Shown: positions 19,430-26,464 of the stretch, in pieces
How positions within the stretch are numbered: position 1 is the stretch's first letter
Layout: each line of letters begins with the position of its first letter
Source: Thermodesulfobium acidiphilum
GTDB lineage: Bacteria > Thermodesulfobiota > Thermodesulfobiia > Thermodesulfobiales > Thermodesulfobiaceae
Direction: 5' to 3'
Assembly: GCF_003057965.1 (NCBI RefSeq)
Contig: NZ_CP020921.1
Span: forward strand, 176,100 to 208,099
Length of the DNA stretch: 32,000 nucleotides
Notes under the pieces: model-generated
The model's database searches: none
The model's input: the letters and a program-made list of their open reading frames with translations, nothing else
What the model was told of the DNA's origin: nothing
Translations under genes and position numbers: made by a program

Positions 19430-19650
19430 TTTTTGGCTCTTTTTAGAGAGGGAGGTCTTTTGTGCTAAAGCTTATGAGATCGGGTAAGTTTATATTCTTT
19501 GTAACCATAATACTTGTTATTGTATTTATACTAACTTCGGTAATTCTGTTTTTACCTGTATTCCCAAGGTGAAATGAATCGATACATAATTTCTCTCCTA
19601 CTTTCACTTTTTCTTCTAACGGTTATATTGCCTTATGCTATTGGAAAATC
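19430..19650 (+). repeat. Direct repeat copy A (221 bp, 100 percent identical to 20882-21102)
   Basis: Base-by-base comparison by eye: identity starts at 19430/20882 and ends at 19650/21102, an offset of 1452 bp. The repeat covers the SD GAGGGAGG, a 36-codon micro-ORF, and the first 77 nt (25 codons plus 2 nt) of the M23 gene. Confidence 0.95.
19462..19572 (+). CDS. Small single-TM membrane protein (36 aa, hypothetical), micro-ORF upstream of M23 paralog 1
   Basis: Below the ORF-track size cutoff. GTG start 6 nt after GAGGGAGG. Translation: (M)LKLMRSGKFIFFVTIILVIVFILTSVILFLPVFPR, a basic N-terminus followed by one hydrophobic helix. The TGA stop is 1 nt before the M23 ATG (ggTGAaATG). An identical copy precedes paralog 2. 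Confidence 0.55.
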   Translation: MLKLMRSGKFIFFVTIILVIVFILTSVILFLPVFPR

Positions 19651-20662
19651 AAGGGATGGTGTATCCACAGGAGATATTGAGCTAGAAAGGCTAAAAGGTG
19701 AAGTCGATCAAATAGAGGAAAATTTGAACCGTTTAAAATTGTACGAAACTAAAGGTGCAGATCAACTTAGTATTATAAATGCGAATTTGACTCTAAAGGA
19801 AGCCGAGATAAAGTATGTTAATTATAAGATAAATCTAATAGAAAAAAATATTTCTGATACTACTTCACAGATAGAGCATCAGAAAGACATAATTCAACAA
19901 AAGGAACAAGAGGTAGGCAAGAGACTTAGATCTATATATATGATGCAAGAGCTCCCATTCTTAGACGTTATTCTATCGATGAACAATAATATTAACGATT
20001 GGTTTGAAAGCGTTATTTTGTTTCAGAGGATTGAAAGTCAGGATAGAGACGTTCTTGATCAATATTCTCTGGCTGAAGCAAAATTAAGAGATCTATTACA
20101 ATCTCAGAATAACGAGAAAAGTAAACTTTTTGATCTAAAACAGAAACTCTTTCAGAAAGAAAAAAGAATTATTGAGCAAAGAAACGAAAAAATGGCTTTA
20201 CTTTTAAAAGATACAAATAGTGAAGTGTCTTATAACCAACATACTCAAGATCTTAGTTCAAGATCACGTGAAAGCTCGAGAGGCTTTATCTGGCCTGTAG
20301 TAGGGCCTATTACCTCAGGATATGGTTGGAGGATACACCCAATTTTTAAAATTCCAGAGTTTCATACGGGTATTGACATAGGTGTGCCTTATGGTACTCC
20401 AATATTAGCGGCAAAAAGCGGAGTGGTTACGTACTCAGGATGGGGAACTGGTTATGGTAATCTGGTGATTTTAAACAATGGTTCAGGAATCGAAACAAGA
20501 TATTCTCATGCAAGCAGATTGGCGGTTTATGTGGGTGAAAGAGTTAGACAAGGGCAGGTGATTGCTTATGTTGGCAGTACAGGTTGGTCTACGGGCCCTC
20601 ATTTATTTTTTGAAATAAGGATCAATGGTAAACCTGTTAACCCACTAAACTATTTACCGTAA
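19574..20662 (+). CDS. Coiled-coil M23/LytM-family peptidase paralog 1 (EnvC-like architecture; HxH motif degenerate)
   Basis: 362 aa. Signal peptide or anchor MNRYIISLLLSLFLLTVILPYAIG, a coiled-coil region of about 200 aa, and a C-terminal LytM domain with HTGIDIG (HxxxD) and YSHAS. The final motif reads GPHLFFEIR instead of HxH. Confidence 0.9.
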   Translation: MNRYIISLLLSLFLLTVILPYAIGKSRDGVSTGDIELERLKGEVDQIEENLNRLKLYETKGADQLSIINANLTLKEAEIKYVNYKINLIEKNISDTTSQIEHQKDIIQQKEQEVGKRLRSIYMMQELPFLDVILSMNNNINDWFESVILFQRIESQDRDVLDQYSLAEAKLRDLLQSQNNEKSKLFDLKQKLFQKEKRIIEQRNEKMALLLKDTNSEVSYNQHTQDLSSRSRESSRGFIWPVVGPITSGYGWRIHPIFKIPEFHTGIDIGVPYGTPILAAKSGVVTYSGWGTGYGNLVILNNGSGIETRYSHASRLAVYVGERVRQGQVIAYVGSTGWSTGPHLFFEIRINGKPVNPLNYLP

Positions 20663-20881
20663 GTCTTCAAAACTCTTTTCAAGTAACGTTTATTAACCTG
20701 GCAAGAGCGAGTTCATCTTTTGAAAATATGCAGGAAATAACTAGCAATGATTTATGTAAAGATACAAATAAGTAACCTTATTTGTGAGGTCGTAGGGACT
20801 TTTTGATCTACTTTTAAAATGAGAACAATTCGACTGTGCTAAAATAAAGTATTTGGAGGTTTTTTGAGATTTATCTTAATA

Positions 20882-21102
20882 TTTTTGGCTCTTTTTAGAG
20901 AGGGAGGTCTTTTGTGCTAAAGCTTATGAGATCGGGTAAGTTTATATTCTTTGTAACCATAATACTTGTTATTGTATTTATACTAACTTCGGTAATTCTG
21001 TTTTTACCTGTATTCCCAAGGTGAAATGAATCGATACATAATTTCTCTCCTACTTTCACTTTTTCTTCTAACGGTTATATTGCCTTATGCTATTGGAAAA
21101 TC
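20882..21102 (+). repeat. Direct repeat copy B (221 bp, 100 percent identical to 19430-19650)
   Basis: See copy A. The flanks on both sides diverge immediately: 19429 t vs 20881 a, and 19651 a vs 21103 t. Confidence 0.95.
20914..21024 (+). CDS. Small single-TM membrane protein (36 aa), identical second copy upstream of M23 paralog 2
   Basis: Identical nucleotide sequence to 19462-19572, with the same SD and the same 1-nt spacing to the downstream M23 ATG. Confidence 0.55.
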   Translation: MLKLMRSGKFIFFVTIILVIVFILTSVILFLPVFPR

Positions 21103-22156
21103 TAATGAACAACTTGAGCAAAAGAGAAGTGAGTTAGAGAATATTAGAGCCCAAATTGAAGAAAAAAGAGCAATTTTAAATCAACTAAGACAACAGGAAA
21201 ACTCAATTATAGGTCAAATAGATCAAATTGATGCGAATTTAGATCTTAAAGAAACAGAGCTAAAGGATGTAAATTATAGGTTGAATCTTTTGCAACAAAA
21301 GATTCAAGATACTAATTCTCAGATCAATTATCAAAGAAAAATTATTCAAGAAAAAGAATTGCAAGTTGCAAACAGACTGAGATCAATTTATATGATGCAA
21401 GAGCTCCCCTTTTTCGATATTGTTCTTTCAATGAATAATAACGTTAACGATTGGTTTGAGACCTTTTTCATTTTTGAGAGGATTGCATCTCAAGATAAGG
21501 AAGTTCTTAACCAGTATAACGTTGCAATGGAAAATCTGAACATGCTTTTAAAAACTCAAGAAGAAGAAAAGACAAAAGCTTTAGAACTCAAAAACGATCT
21601 TGATCAGAAAAAACAAGAAATTATTGCTCAAAGAAGTGAGAGACAGGTTATATTGAAAAATATAATGAGTAATAGGGCTTCTTACGAAGCAGCTGAGGCT
21701 GAATTACAGGCAAAGTCTCGGGAAATAGAAGCCTTTTTGAGAAATTTGGGTTCAGGTCCACGCGTGGGAACTGGTAGATTTATATGGCCAGCATCAGGCC
21801 CCATCACCTCTCCCTTTGGCCCAAGATTTGATCCGTATCTACATGTTCAAAGTTTTCATACGGGAATTGATATCGGCGCAGAATATGGCTCTCCTATAGT
21901 GGCTGCAGACAGCGGACGCGTTGTATACTCTGGGTGGTATGACGGTTATGGTAAGGCTATTATTATAGATCATGGGGGAGGGGTATCAACGCTTTATGCT
22001 CACGCAAGTAGATTAATTGCGTATGTAGGCGAAAATGTAAGACAGGGACAGGTTATTGGATATGTTGGGGATACTGGTTATGCAACGGGACCTCACCTTC
22101 ATTTTGAGATAAGAATTAACGGTAAACCTGTTAATCCCCTGTTATACCTGCCATAA
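21026..22156 (+). CDS. Coiled-coil M23/LytM-family peptidase paralog 2 (catalytic motifs intact)
   Basis: 376 aa. The first 25 residues are identical to paralog 1, followed by a coiled coil and a LytM domain with HTGIDIG, YAHAS and GPHLHFEIR (intact HxH). Confidence 0.92.
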   Translation: MNRYIISLLLSLFLLTVILPYAIGKSNEQLEQKRSELENIRAQIEEKRAILNQLRQQENSIIGQIDQIDANLDLKETELKDVNYRLNLLQQKIQDTNSQINYQRKIIQEKELQVANRLRSIYMMQELPFFDIVLSMNNNVNDWFETFFIFERIASQDKEVLNQYNVAMENLNMLLKTQEEEKTKALELKNDLDQKKQEIIAQRSERQVILKNIMSNRASYEAAEAELQAKSREIEAFLRNLGSGPRVGTGRFIWPASGPITSPFGPRFDPYLHVQSFHTGIDIGAEYGSPIVAADSGRVVYSGWYDGYGKAIIIDHGGGVSTLYAHASRLIAYVGENVRQGQVIGYVGDTGYATGPHLHFEIRINGKPVNPLLYLP

Positions 22157-22218
22157 TATAATTAGCTCTGACTTTATAAATTGATAGTTTGCGTTTTAAA
22201 ACTTTTTGGAGGTGTATT

Positions 22219-23466
22219 TTGCAAGAATTTTATTTTCCTGAATTTAAAGTTATTGAATTAAAAAATTCTCTTAAAATTGTTTTAATTCCAATTTTTGAGT
22301 CTAACAGCATAGTTACTTCTTTGTATCTAAAAGTTGGAAGTGCTCTAGAGGATTATAATACAAACGGATTGTCACATTTTCTTGAGCACCTATTATTTAA
22401 GGGAACAAAAAAGAGAAGTGCCTATGACATCTTTTGTGATATTGAAAGCGTTGGCGGTGAGATAAATGCTGCTACTTCTAACGAATATACAGTCTTTTAC
22501 ACTTATCTTCCATATGATTCAATAGAGTTATCCCTTGATATGATATCAGATATTGTTTTTCATCCTGTTTTTCCAGTAGAAGAAGTTGACAAAGAGCGCC
22601 TGGTGGTGTTAGAAGAGATGAAAAGGTCTTATGATAGAATACCAAGCTGGAATTTTAATAATTTTTTGAAAAAATCATTTCCTGAGAGCACTTTGGGTTT
22701 TCCAATAATTGGTAGAGAAGAGGTAATTTCTAATATAGAATACGAAAGGATTATAGAGTTTTATAAAAAATTTTATGTGCCAAGCAATTCAATTTTAGTT
22801 ATTTCTGGAAAGTTTGATGAAAAGGAAGCTCTTGATTTATCAGAAAAATATTTCGGAGTTATACCTGATGTGGGAAAGAATTTTTTTGATTATTCTGTTG
22901 ATGGTTTTCCCGAAAAAGTATTTTTTGTTGAAAAAAGAAAAGATATAAAACAGGCTAGTTTGATTTATGGTTTTAGAACCAATGGTTATAGAGATAGAGA
23001 GAGAGTTATCTTTGATATAGTTGATGCATATTTAGGATCGGGAGGAAGCTCTGTTTTGTTTCAGGAAATAAGAGAAAAAAGAGGTCTTGCTTATGACATT
23101 TCTACTTTTAATTATGTGTTTAAGAAAGCATCTGTGTTTGGTGTAATTTCTGGACTTAACCAAAGGTATTTGAATGAAGCTATTGAAGTTATCAGAAAAG
23201 AAATTGAAAGATTGAAGAAAGAAGGAATAGACGAACAAGAACTTTCAAGGTTAAAGAGACTTTTAAGGGGGCGCTATTTGTTGGATTTTGAAACGAATTT
23301 CAAGATTTCAAGTTTGATAGGTAAACATATATTATTTGATGAGATAGACTACCTTATGTCTTATCTTGAAAAACTGGACAAAATTTCTCCAGAACAGATT
23401 TTAGAGGTTGTTAACGAATCTTTTGATTTCGATAGAGAAATTATTTGTCTTATAAAGAGAGAATAA
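22219..23466 (+). CDS. M16-family (pitrilysin/insulinase-like) zinc peptidase
   Basis: HxxEH motif (SHFLEHLLFKG) with a downstream Glu-containing region (LEEMKR) and two M16 domains. The track starts at TTG 22189. I prefer the in-frame TTG at 22219, which lies 6 nt after a GGAGGTG SD (22208-22214). Confidence 0.85.
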   Translation: MQEFYFPEFKVIELKNSLKIVLIPIFESNSIVTSLYLKVGSALEDYNTNGLSHFLEHLLFKGTKKRSAYDIFCDIESVGGEINAATSNEYTVFYTYLPYDSIELSLDMISDIVFHPVFPVEEVDKERLVVLEEMKRSYDRIPSWNFNNFLKKSFPESTLGFPIIGREEVISNIEYERIIEFYKKFYVPSNSILVISGKFDEKEALDLSEKYFGVIPDVGKNFFDYSVDGFPEKVFFVEKRKDIKQASLIYGFRTNGYRDRERVIFDIVDAYLGSGGSSVLFQEIREKRGLAYDISTFNYVFKKASVFGVISGLNQRYLNEAIEVIRKEIERLKKEGIDEQELSRLKRLLRGRYLLDFETNFKISSLIGKHILFDEIDYLMSYLEKLDKISPEQILEVVNESFDFDREIICLIKRE

Positions 23467-24813
23467 TTATACTTCCTCTCCCATCATATAATGGGAGAGG
23501 ACGTTTGTGATGTAGACTTTTGTTTTTAATCGCTGATCGAGTTTATTTCCCTTTTTAAAAATAACTATTTGATGTCCTTTTGTTCTTGATGAGATAAAAC
23601 CCTTCTTTTTTTTGTCTTCTCCTCTTATGAGGACGTCCAATGTTTTGTTTAAGTACTGTTGTCTAAAGCTGAGTGAAATTTCCTCAGCCTTTTTTATTAG
23701 GATATTTGCCCTTTGTGCCTTTTCCTGATATGAAATATTGTCTTCAAATTTTGATGCAGGTGTAAAAGGCCTTTTTGAATATATTGCTATATTTACTGTA
23801 TCGTATTTAAATTCTTCAATTGCGTTTAGAGTGTCTTGAAAGTCCTTGTCTGTTTCACCTGGAAATCCCACGATAAAATCTGATGTTATAACTGCATCAG
23901 GTATTATTTTTCTTATCATATGTATAGAATTTCTATATTGTTCGACGCTATACTTTCTATTCATTAGTTTTAGAATCCTATCGGAACCAGATTGCATAGG
24001 AATGCTAAAATAATTGCATAAATTATCATATGACGCTACGGTTTCTAATAATTCTTTTGTAATCATTGAAGGATAACTTGTTATACACTTGAACCATAAA
24101 TTTGGAAATTTCTTAGCACTGATCTCCAAAAGTTCTTTAAGAGATGCTCCGATATCTTTTCCATAGGAATCACAGTTTTGACCAAGATATATAATCTCTT
24201 TGAATCCTTGCTCACATCTTTGAGAAACTTCGCTCAATATACTTTCTAGAGACCTGCTCCTTTCTCTTCCCCTTCCATACGGAACTGCACAGTAAGTACA
24301 AAATTGATCGCATCCGGATGAAATTGGAAGGTATGCACTGGGAAAATCGTGTTGGTTCTCAGGAGCAGGGATACAATCTGGGTTTGTTATAGATTCCTTC
24401 AGATTAATATAATTTGTTTTTTCTATTATATTTTTAACAATTGTTTCGACATCTTCAAGCGATGCAGGGCTAAAGAGAACGTCAATCTTTGGAAATTTTT
24501 CAAGTATCTTTTTGCCCCATATTTTTGCCTGACACCCGCCAAGTGCAAAACACTTTAGTTTCCTTTCTTTTTTATATTTTAAATATTTTCCTATTCTTGC
24601 AAGGGCTTTGTTTTCAGCATTTTCTCTAACAGCACATGTCAATAGAACAATTATTTCAGCATTTTCTGGATTTGATTGGGATAAGCCATGCTTTAAAAAG
24701 AGAGAGGCAAAAACCTCTCCCTCATATTTGTTCATCTGACACCCCAAAACCTCAATAAAAAAGGTTTTGGGCAATTCGTTTAGCTTAAGATTGTGGCCTT
24801 CTTGGTTCAACAA
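23467..24813 (-). CDS. miaB: tRNA methylthiotransferase, MiaB family (radical SAM MTTase)
   Basis: 448 aa. UPF0004 N-domain with LGCQMNKYEGE, radical SAM motif CDQFCTYCAVP, and a TRAM-like C-terminus. The TTG start at 24813 overlaps the spoVS 3' end by 29 nt. An alternative in-frame TTG at 24774 would give MPKTFFIEVLGCQMN. Start unresolved. Confidence 0.88.
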   Translation of the reverse strand: MLNQEGHNLKLNELPKTFFIEVLGCQMNKYEGEVFASLFLKHGLSQSNPENAEIIVLLTCAVRENAENKALARIGKYLKYKKERKLKCFALGGCQAKIWGKKILEKFPKIDVLFSPASLEDVETIVKNIIEKTNYINLKESITNPDCIPAPENQHDFPSAYLPISSGCDQFCTYCAVPYGRGRERSRSLESILSEVSQRCEQGFKEIIYLGQNCDSYGKDIGASLKELLEISAKKFPNLWFKCITSYPSMITKELLETVASYDNLCNYFSIPMQSGSDRILKLMNRKYSVEQYRNSIHMIRKIIPDAVITSDFIVGFPGETDKDFQDTLNAIEEFKYDTVNIAIYSKRPFTPASKFEDNISYQEKAQRANILIKKAEEISLSFRQQYLNKTLDVLIRGEDKKKKGFISSRTKGHQIVIFKKGNKLDQRLKTKVYITNVLSHYMMGEEV

Positions 24814-25057
24814 TTAATTTTACAGCTGTTTTAGCTTCACCTTGAATTTCTACATCTGCAAAAGCAGGTACGCAGATAAGATCTATTGCGCTGGGTGCAA
24901 CATAACCTCTAGCTATAGCTATTGCTTTTATTGCTTGATTCACAGCTCCAGCACCTATAGCTTGTAGTTCTGCTCGCCCTTTTTCTCTTATTGTGTTTGC
25001 AAGGGCACCTGCTACAGCATTTGGATTTGATTTAGCACTGACCTTTAGTTCTGACAT
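24785..25057 (-). CDS. spoVS: SpoVS-family protein (stage V sporulation protein S homolog), copy A
   Basis: 90 aa. MSELKVSAKSNPNAVAGALA...LQAIGAGAVNQAIKAIAIARGY... matches the highly conserved SpoVS family closely. AGGAGG SD upstream (rc of cctcct near 25068). Confidence 0.92.
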   Translation of the reverse strand: MSELKVSAKSNPNAVAGALANTIREKGRAELQAIGAGAVNQAIKAIAIARGYVAPSAIDLICVPAFADVEIQGEAKTAVKLIVEPRRPQS

Positions 25058-25449
25058 GCTATGACCTCCTTTTGTAAGTAGCGTTAGATTTTAAGATGAA
25101 CACTATAATAGTTAATTTTCATAAAAATATAACCTGTTTGTCAAGTGGGTAATTTTAAACTAATTGGACTTGATATAAATTAATTGTCATTTTTGATAAA
25201 CAATAATCTGGTATAGTTTATAATTATAACTAAGTTAAGTTTGAAAGTTTAGTATTTTACTATGTAGTTAGGCTAAGACAATATTTGTAATCTGGTTAAT
25301 ATTGTGTTCTCCATCATAAGAGTTGTTCAGGCAATAACTGTTATTAGTAGTTTTCTAATAATAGTTTGATAAGTTTTATATAATGAGTTAAAATTATATC
25401 AGATATAAATTATTTATATAGATTGGGGTTAGTGGTAATTAAAAATTAT

Positions 25450-26196
25450 ATGCGCATTAATAAGTTTTTGAGTTTTTCTGGTCTAACTTCTAGAAGGAAG
25501 GCAGAGACACTTGTCCTATCTGGAAAAGTTGAGGTTAATGACAAAGTTATTTCTGATCTGTCTTATAAGGTTGATCTGAATAAAGACGTTATAAAGGTTG
25601 ATGGCAAATTAGTTGAAATAAAAAAAAGAAGACATTATTTGCTTTTTTATAAGCCGAGATGGGTTTTAACTGCTCTTGGAAAAGACCCAGGAGGCTTAAA
25701 AACGTTAGATGGATATCTTAAAGGCTTAAAACTAAGGCTTTTCCCTGCAGGGAGATTGGATTTCGACTCTGAAGGGTTGCTTCTTTTGACAGATGATGGG
25801 GAATTTGCTCACAAAATACATCATCCATCCTTTAAGGTTATTAAAAAGTATCAAGTTTTAGTCAATCCTGTATTTGATATGGTTGATAAGGAAAGAGTAC
25901 TTTCAGGTTGTGTTTTGATGGGAAAGTTTGTTAAACCAGATAACTTTAAGATACTCAAAAATTTATCTGATGCCTCTTGGTTAGAAATAGCATTTCATGA
26001 AGGAATGAAACACCTTATAAAAGAGTATCTAAAAAAAATGGGATATAGCGTTAAAAGGTTGATTAGGGTAGGAATTGGAGATTTTAAATTAACTGGAATT
26101 CCGGGATCGTATAGGTGGTTGAGCGAAGAAGAAGTGTCTAATTTCAAAAAAAAGTATTTTGGTGATACGGCTGGTGATAGCGATGGAGAATATTAA
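25450..26196 (+). CDS. rluB: Pseudouridine synthase, RsuA/RluB family (S4 domain plus catalytic domain)
   Basis: S4 N-terminus MRINKFLSFSGLTSRRKAETLV and catalytic motif AGRLDFDSEGLLLLTDDGEF. The track starts at TTG 25423. ATG 25450 gives the family-typical N-terminus. Confidence 0.88.
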   Translation: MRINKFLSFSGLTSRRKAETLVLSGKVEVNDKVISDLSYKVDLNKDVIKVDGKLVEIKKRRHYLLFYKPRWVLTALGKDPGGLKTLDGYLKGLKLRLFPAGRLDFDSEGLLLLTDDGEFAHKIHHPSFKVIKKYQVLVNPVFDMVDKERVLSGCVLMGKFVKPDNFKILKNLSDASWLEIAFHEGMKHLIKEYLKKMGYSVKRLIRVGIGDFKLTGIPGSYRWLSEEEVSNFKKKYFGDTAGDSDGEY

Positions 26197-26464
26197 ATTT
26201 TTAAATCCGTTAAAGGTAAACAAGACTATTGATATAGTTTATCTTATGTGTCCAATGCATATCGTTTCAATTAAAAAGGCCCTTAGAGAATTAAAGGAGG
26301 GGGAGATACTTGAGGTATTAAGCGATTTTTCCCATGCACTTGAAGATATACCAAATTGGTGCAAGATGTCAGGACACGAATTTTTGGGAATTATAGAATG
26401 TGATGATTACGTGAAATTTTATATTAGAAAGTCTCAGGTTGACCCACTTAATGATCTATCTTGA
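26183..26464 (+). CDS. TusA/SirA-like sulfurtransferase-fold protein
   Basis: Has the conserved Cys context LMCPMHIVSIKKAL (the canonical motif is CPxP) and the two-layer alpha/beta pattern EILEVLSD...DIPNWC...GHEF. I prefer ATG 26183 (MENIKF...), which overlaps the rluB end by 14 nt. The track start is TTG 26159. Confidence 0.65.
   Translation: MENIKFLNPLKVNKTIDIVYLMCPMHIVSIKKALRELKEGEILEVLSDFSHALEDIPNWCKMSGHEFLGIIECDDYVKFYIRKSQVDPLNDLS

Noticed and set aside
20765-20784. Perfect 8-bp hairpin caaataag-taac-cttatttg in the spacer between the two M23 genes.
   Set aside because: No T-tract follows it, so it is not a canonical terminator. It is an isolated occurrence with no second copy, and I can assign it no function.
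20854-20915. An 18-codon hydrophobic ORF (TTG start after GGAGG: RFILIFLALFREGGLLC) upstream of cassette copy B.
   Set aside because: The equivalent region upstream of copy A has an indel that changes the frame and hits a stop. The ORF is therefore not conserved between the two copies.
25058-25449. The 392-bp AT-rich divergent intergenic region between spoVS-A and rluB, which contains several TTGACA/TTGATA-like and TATAAT-like hexamers and recurring TAGTT strings.
   Set aside because: None of the -35/-10 pairs I could find has acceptable spacing. The hexamers and short repeats are expected by chance at this base composition. Promoters surely exist here, but I cannot place them reliably.
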